Positions 1-14,199 of a stretch of 64,000 bases of DNA are shown here, in pieces. Below the pieces are notes generated by a model. The model saw only the letters and a list, made by a program, of their open reading frames with translations, did no database searches and was not told the origin of the DNA. Every line of letters begins with the position of its first letter. Position 1 is the stretch's first letter. The position numbers were made by a program, and so were the translations under genes. This stretch comes from Lama guanicoe (Eukaryota), in contig MU054323.1 of NCBI GenBank assembly GCA_013239625.1, forward strand, positions 17,488,029 through 17,552,028, in the 5' to 3' direction.

Positions 1-776
1 TGGCTTCTTACACAGCAGTAGATAACTGATACCATATCTAATGATAGGATGGTCTGGTTAGTCTTCTTTCATTTGTTGATGTAATAATATTTAAGCACTC
101 GTGAATTCCTAGAATAAACTGTTTTTGCTCATGCTGTATTATTCTGTTAATAAACTTCTGGGTTTAGTTTGCTAATGGAAGGGAGATAAATAATTATTAT
201 TTTAAAACAAAATTGGCCTTAACTGCTTTTGCCACCTAAGGAGAAAGGTAACATAATTCATACCAGAAGTGGAGTAAACATTTATACTGCTCCCTTGCGT
301 TTTCAGGGAAGTCTCCTTCTGTCTTGTCTTCTTCCCTTATTTAGCTTAAACTCCATGATTATCACTATGATCACTCCCTTGAAAATACTTTGCATTGCCT
401 TGCCTCTCTCCCTTTACCACTCTTGCCTTGCAATAAGTCCAGCCTCAGATAACTCCAACCAGCCACTAGTTCTGTGCCTGCACATCGCACTTGAGCTGTG
501 CTAGAGAACCACACAACTGCACAGCCGGTGTCACCTTCGTTTCACCATCGCAAGCCTCTAAAGGTCACTCACTATCGCCAAGAAGTCTGCTGAGTCTCTT
601 GTAAACTCTATCAATCTTCACAACACCTAACTGACACCTTTCCCTCTTTTCTTACAGTTTAGTTCTCCTACCCATTTCCACCTCCCTTTTGCTCTTAATT
701 TTGACTTTTATTTCATTAAGAAAATCAAAACCATCAACCTGGTGTTCCCTCATTTTGCCATATCTTTTTTCTTCAT

Positions 777-1075
777 TTTTTAAAAAATTGAAGTATAGTT
801 GATTTACACTGTTGTGTCAGTTTCTGGTGTACAGCTTAGTGATTCAATTATATATTCTTTTTCATTATAGGTTATTACAAAATATTGAATATAGTTCCCT
901 GTGCTATACAGTAGGACCTTGTCGTTTATCTATTTTAAATATGGTAGTTTGTATCTGCTGATCCTAAACTCCCAATTTATCCCTTCCCTCCCCTTTCCCC
1001 TTTGGTAAATATAAGTTTGTTTTGTGCCTCTGTAAGCCTGTTTCTGTTCGGTAAATGAGTTCATTTGTATCATCT
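777..1075 (-). mobile_element. L1 3' end fragment (cetartiodactyl type)
   Basis: TTGAAGTATAGTTGATTTACA...GTTCCCTGTGCTATACAGTAGGACCTTG, the typical reverse L1 3' UTR. Confidence 0.85.
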
Positions 1076-3700
1076 TTTCCTTCATTTTTAACACACAGAT
1101 CGTGCTCTATTACCCTGAGCTTCTGCTCTCGAAGAACTGGTTTGGCTATGGTCAAAAGAAACTAACATTTTTTTGAGCATTTCCAACGTCCCAGTTACCT
1201 TATATTTTGGTGTATGAAGCAGGTGTTAGTATTCCCACTTTTCTGAGGAGAAAACTGAGGCTCAGCCAGTTTGAGCAGGCTGCCCTATCTCACCCAGGGC
1301 AGAGAAGTGGGCCAACTCCAAGGCCAGCACTTGTTTCATCCACCCCAGTTCCCTCCTGCCAAGGACTGTGTGTACGCTGCTGTTTCAGATTTATCTTTTT
1401 GAAAAATGAGACTGTTCAAGAGAGGAACGTTCCAACAGCTTTATTCTTTAATCTTTCAAAGGACACCAGTTTATAAGGCTGTTCTTGGGTCCAGCTAGTG
1501 CTGTCAGCAGGCTCTGCCTTGAAGTGGTCCCCTTGCTCAACCCCATTCTTGTTCTTCAGCATTTTGTTTTTAGGAGGTAAATAGGGCCATTAGTCACTAT
1601 TCAACTCCTACCTTTAAAACTCAGACCTTGAAAAATGGATCCTTGGTCTAAGTTCATAAAACCAAAATCATGGCTCTGGGTGTGTGACCTATGCAGGTAT
1701 CACTCTCTATTTGGGCAGCTTATGTGCTCTGAAAAATGAGACCAGCATTGAGTCTTACAAAAATGAGACCTGTGCTAAGTCAATCTAGCTTGAGAGAATA
1801 CCATCAGAAAGGGGGAAGGGACATTTTCTAGAATTTTACAAATCATTTCAACTTTGAAATATTAGGACATTTTCTTAAGGTCAAAGAAACAAATACGTAT
1901 GCCTCAATGCACTTTGGAATGCCTTTACGTGTTTCTGTTGTAATATAATTATCATGGAATGCAGGTGAGCCAAAGACCGGACACCCTTTTCCCCCTGGGC
2001 TCTCAATCTGGCACTTCTGACCTGGGCTTTTGTCCTAAAGGCAGCCGTCCAGCTAGAATTTGGGAATTCCGAGGACCCTTGGAGAGGATCGCTAAGAAGC
2101 TGGATACTGCAGACTAAGAAGGGTGGATCTACACTTGAGGGCTTTGCTTTGCCCTCCCTCCCTAGCTCTACAACCCACTGCCATGACAGAGGGTGACAAA
2201 AGGGTATCTTGCTGGGGTAAAAGAGTGTAAAGTTTGTGCGAGCTGGAGGCAGCACTGATTGAAGCATGTGATAAAAATTCATGCAAATGTTTCCCAGAAC
2301 TGCATAATTTCGACCTTATCAGCTTGGTTTATAATCCATTTGCAACATAAGGAACTATGACAGCAAGCCCGGTTTCTCCGGGTCATCCTCTTCTTTCCCA
2401 CCTGACAGAGAGGCTCCACCTTCCAACTGCCCAGCGCCTCCCTCCACCCAGGCTGCCTCAGTGGATCATCTCCCTAGTCCTTCCCCAAGTCTCACTCCCC
2501 AAGCCCCTTGCCGCCCAACTCCCAACTCCTGTTTCCTCAGAGATTCTAATTTCACTGAACTGAAGCCTAACATGGAATCTCCCTTTTGCCTGTCCAGTCT
2601 CCTTCCAACCTTCTTCCAGTGAGAGTTTTCCTTTGGGAAACCACCCTTCCCCCATAGCTCACCCATCAAGGTGACTTGCCCTTTCCTGGCTAAGAGGATC
2701 TTTATGGATGAAATTCACATGAAAAGCTTGGAGCTAAAGAGATGGTCTTTGAGGATCCTTCAAATTATGCCCATTGTAGCTCCAGTGCCATTTATTCCTC
2801 AGAATGGAGGGTCTGTAAAGGAGATAAACCTGGGACCTGTCTAAACTGCATTGATTATAAACTAGCTGCTTTTTATAGATAGTCAGTAGCAAAGAAATAT
2901 ATTTTCTGATGAGGTCTCCCTTAATCTACCTCATTATCACACAAAATTTTACAAGAGTGGTTTATGGTTTTAAATCTAGCAAGACATTGGTTATTTATTT
3001 ATTTGTTTATTCACCTCCGCAGTGTAAAGTGATTCCTAGACCCCTATGTAATGCAGAGTGGCTGCAGCAACATTGATTTTTTTTTAAACTTGTCTTACAA
3101 CATTTCTTTTTCACATTCTTTTAAAATCTATATTGCTAAGATGCTAAGATAAGCATCTTTCTTAGGAAAAGAAATCCCTGATGCAATGTTACAAAAATAA
3201 TTTTCACTAGAGATGGTGTCTGTCTCTGTATTGCTATTATCTGATTTCAGAGCTACAGGATGCAGTCATTTACTTCTTCCAGTCTAATTTCTTCAGGCTT
3301 TGTGACACTCTGACACTAAGGCCCATGGAAAAAAGTTCAAGATCTTAATTTTATGACTAAAGAAGATAGAGCCTAAAGAAAAGTCAAGTACTTGCCCAAG
3401 GTAAAACAAGTCTGTTAATAGTAGAAATAGAGGTAGAGGTAGCATTCTTGGTCCTCAAGGGAGCTTGAAGTTTAGATGTGATCTTCCTGGCATTTCCAGG
3501 AAGGTCTGCTGTCTCCAGATCCCGAGACTCCAGCACCGAGTGACAACATGTACAGTATCTGAATTTAGTCAGAAAAGGGTGTTGGTAATTTCTACTACTC
3601 TGATTCACTTTCTTTTCTTCCTTTTAAGTGTTCATTTTAAATAACCCTTGTTTGTGTGAATAACCTGCTCCTCAACAATCAATCACCTGATTGTTTACAT

Positions 3701-3870
3701 CAGTGGTTCTCAAAGTATGATTCTGGAACCAGTATCACATGAAAGCCCAATAGAAAAGCAAATTCTTGGGCCCCATCCCAGACCTGCTAAATTGTAGGGG
3801 TGGCATCCAGTAATCTGTGTTTTAACAAGCCTCTCGGTGATTCTGATGTATACTGACATTTGAGAACTGA
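3701..3870. mobile_element. MER5A-like hAT-Charlie MITE
   Basis: CAGTGGTTCTCAAA...TTTGAGAAC termini, with internal GGCCCCATCCCAGACCT and TTTTAACAAGCC. Confidence 0.85.
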
Positions 3871-3984
3871 TTTAGATAACCTCTGCTTGGATTAATTATA
3901 ACACTGGGGTTGCAAAATGGTAACTTTCCATCATCCATTGAACACAAATAAACTGGCATTAATTAAGAGGCATTCCTCTTCTTA

Positions 3985-5090
3985 AAAAATTGATAGAGAA
4001 CTGACAAATAACATTGTAAGTGGACAGTGTACAACATGATGATTGATACATTGATATTGCAATATGATTAGATACATTTATGTATTGCAATATAGTGTTA
4101 GCTAACATCGCCATCACATCACCTAATTATTTCTTGTTTGTGGTCAGAACATTTAAGATCCAGCCTCTTAGCAACTTTGAAGTAATGAATACAATATTGT
4201 TGACCATAATCACAATGCTATACATCAGATCTCCAGAACTTACTCATCTTCTAACTGCAAGTTTGTACCCTTTGACCAACATCTCCCAAACTCCCCTACC
4301 CCCGGCCCCTGATAGCCACCATTCTACTCTGCATTTTGAGTTTAGCTTTTTTAGATTCTACATGTAAGTGAAATCATACAGTATTTGTCTTTCTCTGACT
4401 TACGTCACTTAGCATGATGCCCTCAAGTTCTCTCCAATGTTGTCACAAATGGCAGGATTTCCTTCTTTCTCATGGCTGAGCAATATTTCATTGTATGTAT
4501 AGACCACATTCTTCTTTAGCCATTCATCCACTGACACTTAGATTGTTTCATACCCTGGCTATTGTAAATAATGATGCAATAAACATGGGAGTGCAGATAT
4601 CTTTTCGATATCCTCTTCTCATTTCCTTTGGATATGTACTCAGAAGTGGAATTACTGGAATATACAGTAGTTCTATTTTTAATTTTTTGAAGAACCTTCC
4701 TGCTATTTGCTCTAGTGGCTGCACCAATTTACATGTCCACCAACAATGCAGAAAGTTTTCCTTTTCTACACATCCTTGCCAACACTTACCTCTTGTCTTT
4801 TTGATAATAGCCATTCTAACAGGTGTGAGCTGACAGCTCATTGTGGATTTGAATTGCATTTCCCTGATGATTAGTGATGTTGAGCATCTTTTCTTGTACC
4901 TGTTGGCCATTTGTATGTCTTCTTTGGGAAAATGTCTATTCAGTTTCTTTGCCAATTTACATGGGATTTTTGTTGTTGTTGTTACTGAGATGTGTGAGTT
5001 CTTCATATATTTTGGACATTAACCCCTTATCTGATATATGGTCTACAAATACTTTCTCCCATTCCTTAGGTTGCCTTTTCACTTTGTTGA
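3985..5090 (-). mobile_element. L1 (L1MA-like) ORF2 C-terminus and 3' UTR
   Basis: ORF 4548-5006: [26 protein letters not shown]...[19 protein letters not shown], the L1 ORF2 cysteine-rich end. Confidence 0.92.
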
Positions 5091-5834
5091 TTGTTTGGCT
5101 GGCATTCTGGTTTCTATAAAGAAAACCTTCCTTTGCTTTGCCCTACATTTCTCTCTTTTCTCTCCCTACCCTCAACACTATGGATTCACAGACTTTGGAA
5201 ATTCAGCGTGCTCAAATCAGTTACAGTCACCATTCTTTTTGATGTCCAAATAGCCCTCATTTCCCTGATATAATCCCCTTTAAGACATTCCTGTGTTCTT
5301 GCCACCTGACTTCAGGACTTGAGAATATCCTTGCTGTTTGACACAAGATCAGTGGTTCCTAACTGTGTGTTTGCCTGTTTTTATACTGAAGTGTGCTATT
5401 AACACTTACCCGAAGGGAACTGATATCTTCATAATATTATACACAATAATTATATTTGAGCAAGGTAAGTGAGTTTGGCCATTATTTTGGAAAGGTCAAA
5501 AGGCTGTTCAAAATTATATTGAAAAAAAATTATATTGAAGTCTCCATGATTCTTGGACTAGGATGACTCAGAGGAGGTGTAAACTGCAGTCTTTTGTAAT
5601 GACTTAAGGTTAATTAATTTGACTCTGAGGTCTGATCCTTAATCAGATAAAAGAAATACTTCTTCATAATTGGCAAGAACATGCTAGAGATAGTAAAATG
5701 AGGTATTTGATTTCAGTATTTGTGTAGTATTTAGGATCCATGTAATACAACACACATACAACTACTTAAAATACCTCTGCTAATCAGAGTAACCTAAACA
5801 TAAAATTAATTTGCAAAGACAATAAAATTTTATA

Positions 5835-6350
5835 CTTATTAAATGATTACTGTGTGAGCCAAGCTCTATATCAGGTGCTTAATATGTATTAAATCACTTA
5901 CTACTTTCAAAATCCCTATGAGGTAGGTACTTTTATTATTCTAGTCTTGCTGATGTCTGAGGCAGAGAAAAGATTTAGTATCTTACCCCAGGTCACACTG
6001 CTCAGCAGTGGTAAGCAGCTCTTAACCACCGCCCTATGACGCCTTTCTAAATTTGTACTAGTAAATACAATTAACTAAAGAGCTTGCTCTATGATTACCT
6101 TATTATTTAGTTTCATAATATTTTCAGGAAGAAAACAGAAGCAGTGGGATACTGTGGCAAGAGTCCAGGAATTTTGAATGTCAAGACCTGTTTGTGGATT
6201 CCAACTAAAATTCAGGTGTGACATTGGGCAAAACTGTTCTGAGCTTCAGTTTCTTCATCTATAAAGTAAGCCTAATATTGACATCTCTGCCTACCTCATA
6301 GGCATGAGTATTAGATAGTATACTGGGTGTGAAAGTGCTTTGTAAATTGG
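5835..6350. mobile_element. MIR SINE fragments (two, opposite orientation)
   Basis: CCCTATGAGGTAGGTAC..CCCAGGTCACAC and GAGCTTCAGTTTCTTCATCTATAAA core motifs. Confidence 0.7.
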
Positions 6351-7668
6351 ATTAGACATATAATCGTAACAATATAAAAAAAAATCTCAACTTTTTAAAA
6401 TTTATGAGTTCACATCCCAGTTTTAAATATTCGGGATGCTCAAACTACTTCTCTTGTAATTTATTTATGACTGAATTTTTCAGACTGGCAATTTTCTTTT
6501 CTTCCCCATAATTGTTTGACTTTCCATCCAGGACTTATTTAAAAAAATTCTATCACTATGCAAATAAAATCTGTTTTACATGCTTCTCCCAAGGGCAAGT
6601 TTTAACTTCTAGTCACGTTTCAATTTTATCTGCAACATACAGGTGACATAATCTACCGCTCTGGTGGCTCGGGCATCTGTGTTTTGCATATTTCATATAA
6701 GAAAAGAGAGAAAAAAGAGAAGTCGGCCAGATGGGATTCTCTTTCCACGCAGAGAACTAGAAAAATTTGCATGACCACGATCTCTTTTGTAGACAAAAGA
6801 TGCTTGTTTTCAGGCCTGGCAGTGGGTCACAGGGTGATAACTCATCCCCAAATTCCTGAGGCAGCTCTGGGTTTATAATCTGAGGTTCTTAAATAGTTCC
6901 CAAGATGCAATTATTTCCAAATTTAATCATCCTCCAGAAAATAGCTAATTAAAAATAATCATATAAAACAGCAGGCCTTTTCTCCAAAATTAAATACATA
7001 CTTTCTTTTACTGGCTGTTTAGACAAGCCTTACAAAAGCCTAGCCACCTGTTTGCGGGGTGGGGACGGGGACACAGTGAGGAGGTGCTAGAGTTCCCAGG
7101 AGGTGACTGTTCTTGGCAATCACCTCCACCCAGTCCTTCCTGGAATCTGTCATTGTCGGCTTCTGCTTAGATATGACTCTGTATTTGGTGGGTAAAGATA
7201 GGCAAGGAAATTTTTTTCACCTCTATTCGAATCCCTTTTCTGTACTCTTGTTTATAGTCTTGAAATGACACAATTACAGTAAAGCTCCTAAAATAGGGTA
7301 TGGAGTGGAGAAGGGATTCAACCAATGCAGTGCTCCCTCCCCGTCTCTTTCCCTCCCACCCTGCAGCCCTGGCTGCCCCATTTCCCCAGGCTCTGCCCGA
7401 CTACCCAGGAAGTTGGGTGTGGTTCCCACAAGGTTTGGCTGGGATTTACATTTTAGTTTGCATCGATGATTTAATCCATCCTTTGGGCCTTTCTCAGGAG
7501 AAAGCCAAACAGAATACTTTTCTGACTAAATTTGTTTTTCTCCAAATTAAAACCCCACTGAATAGAATGCCACAGAGTAAAATGACTGTGTAGGGAAGTG
7601 TTTTTTCTAAAACTCAGAACATTCTTGAGAATTCATGGACCATGAGAGAGATACTTGGGAAAGGAATA

Positions 7669-8425
7669 CAGTAGCCACACCCTCTTACCTGTGGGGATGT
7701 GTTCCAGGACCCCCGGTGGATGCCTAAAACCGTGGATTGTAGCGAGCCCTATAAATACTATGTTTTTTCCTATATACATACCTATGATAAAGTTTAATTT
7801 ATAAATTAGGCATAGGAAGAGATTAACAATAACAGTAAAATAGAACAGTTATTAATATAGTGTAATAAAAGTTAAGTGAGGTGTCTCTCTTTCAAAATAT
7901 CTTATTATACAAATTTAATGCCTTTTTATCTTAACTAAGCACTTATGCACTGTGGCCCTAATTTTTTCAAGTTTGGGGTGCAACAGCAAAACAAACATGA
8001 ATTTCTTTTCTTCACAATTTCACAGATAGAAGATTTGTTCTTACTGTAAATCTTAGCAACCTCAGCATATGATTTTTTTTCTTTCTTTATTCAGTGGAGA
8101 ACTTTCACCTTCTCAATTAAAAGGCATTTGGCATATTCAGATTGCCAGCATCACTACTCATGTGCTTTGAGGTCATTATTAAGTAAAATAAAGGTGAATT
8201 GAACACAAGCACTGCAATAACTCGATCTGATAATCCTAAGTGGCTAACTGGACAAAGGGATGACTCACGTCCAAGTGTGGGCTAGAGATTTCATCACTAT
8301 TCAGACAATTCAAAACTTATGAATTGTTTATTTCTGGAATTTTCCGCTTACTATTTTCAGACTGCTGTTGACCTCAGGTAACTGATACCTCAGAAAGCAA
8401 AACCGTAGATAATGGGGGACTACTG
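7669..8425. mobile_element. MER44-type (Tigger-derived, TcMar) DNA transposon
   Basis: TA|CAGTAG...GGGGGACTACTG|TA terminal inverted repeats with TA target duplications. Confidence 0.88.
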
Positions 8426-8835
8426 TACATTGGAGTTGAGATTAAGGTTCTTTACTAGTTCAGTTTCTTTCCTGATAAATGTTGACTTAGCTCAGTAGCT
8501 AAAACCAACCAACCAACCAACTACAAAAGGGGAAAATATTTTAAGCTCTTCTTGAGAATTGGTGGATTTTTCATGTCTTCTACTGAGCACTGAGGAGATG
8601 CGCTCTGGCTACTCAGAGAAACCTAAATTCTTGAAGCAGTATTTTATTGGACCACTTTATCTTGTAATGTCTCACAACTCTCTTTGTTACATTTTATTTT
8701 CAATTTAAAACATTTTAATTCTGTTTTATTGTATTTTATCATATTGTTTCATCTGTTTTGTTTTTAATTGATGTGTACATTATGTAGAGCTCAATGCATA
8801 GATACTAGATGAGTTTTGACAATTGCATACACCTG

Positions 8836-9257
8836 TGTGGACAGAAAAACTGTTGCCTGCCATTCAGGTAAACAACAAATTATGCCTGCCCTCAAGCCCA
8901 GGGGATTTCAGGATGGCGCTGAACAGGACATTGGCCCTACATGGTTGAGATGCATATCAAAGGAATCATTGGGAGCCCAGACCCTTGCATCTTCCTATCC
9001 ATAGAAAAGCACTAAAATCACTAACTTGAGATGTCTGGATTTTGTGATTAGCAGTAATCTTTTGATGTTCCAGTACGTGCTTTATTTTTAGCAAAAACTC
9101 CTATGTATCCTGGCTCCTCCCTTACCTCTTTGGAACATTCCTCAGAACTATGTGAGAGGCTGATTCCTGAGCTACATAGTCCTCAGTTGTGTCCCCCAGT
9201 AAAAAGTAATTCTCAGCTTTTAGGTTGTGGGTTTGTTTTTTTTTTTTTCAGTCGACA
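8836..9257 (+). mobile_element. Solo ERV LTR inserted in an old L1 3' fragment (~8760-9520)
   Basis: TG...CA ends with a 4-bp TSD (CCTG/TCTG). Removing it rejoins the L1 motif TGCATACACCTG|TGTAACACCAATCAAGATATAGAAC. Confidence 0.8.
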
Positions 9258-9529
9258 TCTGTGTAACACCAATCAAGATATAGAACATTTTCATCACTCT
9301 AGAAAATTCCCTTGTGCTCTTTTCCAATCAATCTTACGCCAGCCTAACTCCAAGTAACCACTGTGATGACTTCCATTCCCATAGGTTGGATAGACTGGTT
9401 CTGAATCTGTAAAGGGAATTGTGCACTAGGTACTCTCCTTTCTGTCTGGATTCTTTTGCTCAACATAATGTCATTGAGATGACAAGTCTCTCATTCATGT
9501 TGTATCAGTAGTTTGTTCCTTCTTTTGTT

Positions 9530-9780
9530 TTTTGTGATTGTGGTAAAATATAAAATTTATCATTTAACCATTTTTAAGCATACAATTCAGTGTCATTAAG
9601 TACATTCACGGTGTTGTACAAACATCACCACCCTCTCTTTCCAGGACTTTTTCAACATCCCAAACTGAAACTCTGGACCCATTAATTAATAACTCCCCAT
9701 TCCCCTCTCCTCCAGCCTCCAGTAACCACTACTCTACTTTTTATCTCTTTTAATTTGTCTCTTCTAGGTACCTTGTTAAA
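9530..9780 (-). mobile_element. Old L1 3' fragment (L1MB-like)
   Basis: AAAATTTATCATTTAACCATTTTTAAG..ACAATTCAGTG..CATCCCAAACTGAAACTCT motif. Confidence 0.8.
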
Positions 9781-9789
9781 GTGGGTACC

Positions 9790-10480
9790 AGTCACTATAT
9801 GATTTTTTAAATACTTCAAACAACATAATTAAATGTTTCAATAAAAACCTGTGTATGCGCACATATGAAAAACTTGGAAACAGAATTTTCTAACATGTTT
9901 TAAAATCTCATAAAGTAAGAGTTTCAATAGGTTTTAAATATCCTTGTTAAAAATAGAAATTTGACAATATCCAATTAATTTCTAAGAATAATTGATCAAC
10001 CTTTCCTAAAGGTCTTTCCTAAACAAATTTTAACAAAACATTTACACAATTATTAGATAGAATTGAAAAATAAGTATTATGATTTAGTAAATGCAGCCAA
10101 TAATCTATTTCTACACATCGTTTTGAAGTATTTTTTTTTACCTTTGACAGAATTTAAAAGAATATATTGAAACAAACTGAATAGAGAACGGACCTTTGTT
10201 CCATTGCAAAGTGCTAAATCAATTATATTGCCTTTATTAATTATATTGTTACCCCTAATATTATTTGTGAGAGCAAAATTTTTGTATCAATAATAACTGG
10301 AATATTTTCTTATGCACATGATTTAGCTTGGTGTTTATACGTGTGTTATTAAAAGTTGGTAAATATATATAAGGAGTATGTGCTAAAACTTTTTTAAACC
10401 CAATATATCCAAAATATTATTATAACATGTAATTGGTAGAAAATTATTATTGAGGTACTTTACATTCTCTTTTTTCATAC
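9790..10480. mobile_element. hAT-Charlie family fragment (Charlie5/MER33-related)
   Basis: AT-rich segment ending in AACCCAATATATCCAAAATATT..ACATGTAAT..TTTACATTCT, a motif shared with MER33/MER3. Confidence 0.55.
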
Positions 10481-12338
10481 CATCCTTCCTTGCTCCCAGG
10501 ATGCTAAGCTCCAACCCATGGAAGGGTGATGTGGGGGAAGTTCCATTTTCTACTCTTAAGAGCCCTAGACTTTCCCTCCTCACTCTTCCTTTTGGCTTGA
10601 ATGGTGATGACTAGATAATCTTGGACACTACACGTAATGGGTGGCAGCACCCTCATCACCACAGGGCCCTAGGTGTCTGTGTGGAGTAGCGGTGTCTAGG
10701 TCTGGAGCTCCCACTTGGACTGTCATGGGTCAGAGCAGTCAACTTAAATGTAGCTTGAACCACAGGATTTTGGAATCTCCTTATTATGGATGTTAGGTTT
10801 TTCTCCAATAGAATCACTTTAGCTATTATCCGTTGACTGCTCTTTCCTTAGCTGCCCCATCACATTTACATGGAGCTCATTAATTTCTCAGTATACATTG
10901 ATACCAGGCTATAGTTTTTAATGAGACGTGACAAAAAATTGTGGGACAAAGAAAGGAAATCACTCTGAGGCAGCAGCTTAGCAGGTAAGTCTTCAGTGCC
11001 ACACCAGCCCCACCTTGCTTTGCATTACTGCTGGTCTGCTTTACCCCTTCTATGGCTCCACCTTGTAATGAAAGCACTTTGAGTCTCTCTTTATCCGATG
11101 CAAGGATGGTCAATAGCAGAATATCAATTTCCCTTACGGGAAATCCTATTCCCTCCCACCCCTAACAGAGGGCAAAAACCAATGGCAAACAGTATGATAG
11201 TGTATTTCTCCATGTCTAAGTTATTCAGTCATAAATTACACCACCTAGGAGGTACCAAGAGCCCACGGTATCCTAAACCAAGTTCAGTCTAATTCTTTTT
11301 CAGTCTCTCTCCACTAAGAATTCAAAACATTCTGCAGTCCAATCTCACATGAAGTACCTTGTTACACTTTGACATTTTCCTTTTTCGGAATTCTAAAAAT
11401 ATTTTTTTTCCACTTTGTGGGTAATAAAATATACCCAGATTGACTTGGAGATAACTTGGCATAACTCTTGTTCTGTTTTTTGGGAGTTAATCATACTTCT
11501 TTTGGCTCAAGCCCACCCCAAACCAAGAAATCCATCCATCACTTTAATACACTCCTTGTAAGTACTCTGCACTTAAGTTCTAAATGGATAAGAAATATTT
11601 AATAATATTTTAATGACGTTTGTGAAATTGAAGGGTAATGCCATCAGAAATGGGTAATGATATCACTGTCTTTTCTAGATGGAGAATCACCTCAGGAGAC
11701 AACCCCCAGGGCTCTTTCACTACTCTCTGCTAACACTAGATTCACTCAGTCTGCCCGAGACAGGATTCCGGTCTGCCCAGGATAGGCTGATTCTAGAAAG
11801 CCAAGAAGGGGCCCAGACACACACCAGACCCTTCCCCTGACCTTGCCTATCAGATGATTCACTCCTCTTCAGAAAGAGTGGGTGAGCAGAGGTGGAAGAA
11901 AGGGTGGAAGCTCATTTCCCACTCTGTCAAAAGACTGTAAATGGTTTAGGTTTCTAGATCAAGAAAGGAACACAGGGCGAGAAAGAAAATGGTTTCTCAA
12001 ATATGGGATATTTCCCCCTTTTCTCTTTTACATGAGGTTGTGCTTTCTAAGCAGAGAAATTGATAGACCTCAGGCTTTCCACTTGAGTAGCTTCAAAGAA
12101 ACCCAAAATGAAAAAGAGAACTGGAGGGGAAGCCACAGCAGATGAAGACGTTTGAACAGGTCTATGAAAGATGGCAAATGGATGGGGAGAGGCTAAATGT
12201 TAATAAAATGTGGACAGTTACAGCCGGGAGTATGGAAGAAGGGATACTGCTCTGGAGAAAGGTGAAATGCCTTAAAGGTCTTAGGAAAGATGGCTTGGAA
12301 ATGCCAGGTTCAGAGAGGAAGTAAGATAGGGAGCTGAA

Positions 12339-12537
12339 CTGGGATTTCGAAATTGTAGAATAGATAAACAAGATTACACTGTATAGCACAGGGAAATATA
12401 CACAAAATGTTATGATAAATCACAGAGAAAAAAATGTGACAATGAGTGTGTATATGTCCATGAATGACTGAAAAATTGTGCTGAACACTGGAATTTGACA
12501 CAACACTGTAAAATGATTATGAATCAATTAAAAAAAA
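12339..12537 (+). mobile_element. Young 5'-truncated L1 3' tail
   Basis: Perfect 16-bp TSD AAGATAGGGAGCTGAA at 12323-12338 and 12538-12553, plus an A-tail. Confidence 0.9.
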
Positions 12538-12769
12538 AAGATAGGGAGCTGAAAAGACAGGTATTAATTCCCATCTGAACGTGGGACAGTCAGCCCCACC
12601 CACCTGCCTCTGTGACGCCACCCGTGCAACACCTGCAACAAATGTCTATTTCTCCCACCCAATCCCTGGCACACAATAGAGGGGTCCCCCCAACGGATGG
12701 CTTTATAAGGAGAAAACAAAGGAATTCCAGCAGTTCCTCAGCTGTTCGCCTTTAAGGGGAGCCGTCAAT

Positions 12770-13330
12770 CAACAAGTTTTGCCCACATATGCAGATTTAC
12801 GAGAAAAAAAAAATTATGAAACAGAAAAGAAGAGACCATGATAGAAACAAATGACCTTAGAGGAAAGCAAAAGAGATGGAAAATGGTACAGAAAGGTTTA
12901 GAGACACAAAGCATCAATCCAAGTGGTCCAACACCTGACTTATTGTTACAGAAAGAGTGAACAGAGAAAACAGAGGAAAGACAATTGTAAAAGAAATAAT
13001 ATATAAGCATTTCCCAGCACTGAAAGACACGAAAGAACAAGGAAGGAAGGTTTGGAGGCAGGAAGGGAGGAAACAAGCCCACAGCTGGATTCAGCATGGT
13101 GAAAATCCTGACGACTGAGGATAAGGAGGAAAGTGCTAAAAACTTTAAGAGAATAAAGGAAAACCAGGTAATCTATAAAGAAATGAGAATCAAAGTTACC
13201 TCAAATTTCTTGTCAGCGTGACTAGATGCTAGAATACCATGCAATAATACCTTTAAAATTATGAGGGAAAAATGATTAAAAGGGAAATTATTTCTAATAC
13301 AAAGTTCTACACACACACATCAGCTATTCA
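12770..13330 (+). mobile_element. Old L1 ORF1-region fragment
   Basis: GGTCCAACACCTGAC..GAAATAATATATAAGCATTTCCCAG..GAGAATCAAAGTTACCTCAAATTTCT..GATGCTAGAA, a decayed ORF1 pattern. Confidence 0.6.
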
Positions 13331-14199
13331 TCAAATGAGAGTAACACTTTTTTTTTGGCATGCATCATTTAGGGGAAAAGGAAACGTAATCATACCGTTC
13401 TATTTAGATGTGCAGTGACCAGGACTCGGATGGTTCTCCCTAGTACTCCTGTTAAGATCACCCCACCCTTAACATCCACGCTCTCCGAAGCAGGTGTAGT
13501 GGATTGAAATTGCCACAGACTTTTCCTTCCCCTCCGCCTCTTTTCCTTCCCCTTCTTTCTTTCATTTAAAAAACACTTACAGCAGGTGGCCAGCAGAGTC
13601 AGGGCTGAGGGTCAGCAGAAGAGGATTCAAAGGGCTCCCCGTCTCATTCAAAGTCCAAGTCCAAGTGCTCACAGTGGTCCACAAGGCCTGCCCTGACTGC
13701 CTATTGTTTGTGAACTTTTAGAATCAGTCCACAGAGAAGCATGGAAAACAAGCCTAAATGCAGAATACTGTGAATGTAATCAACCTTGACGTTGCAAATT
13801 ATAGCCGAAAGAAGTTAGAGAGAGGAGAGGTGACGGAGCAATAAATGTCTCCAGCCTTATGAACTGAGAATAGCTGATTGATTTTACAAAGTGTAGGTAT
13901 ATTCAAGGTATAAAGGTGTCCAGCAGAGGAACTACATCATCCTGTATCTATTTGCAAGGGAAGGCAAGGTGGGAATGAGGAGTAAAAGTGACCAAAATCT
14001 TCAATCAATAATAAAAGCAAAGTAATAATAAATATTTAGTTTAATATCAACACTTTAATATTTAATAATGCCAGATGGTATTAGCTTTTATGACCACTTT
14101 GTAAGCACACTTAACAAAGGCATGAATGCCATGAACTGTTGTGTTAAAGCATTGTGGTATCTTTCTCCAAAGGCAGCCCCCAGCACAGCTGTCCCCGCT

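Noticed and set aside
4548..5006. L1 ORF2-like ORFs (also 61661-62038) as active genes
   Set aside because: 5'-truncated fragments lacking endonuclease and RT domains.
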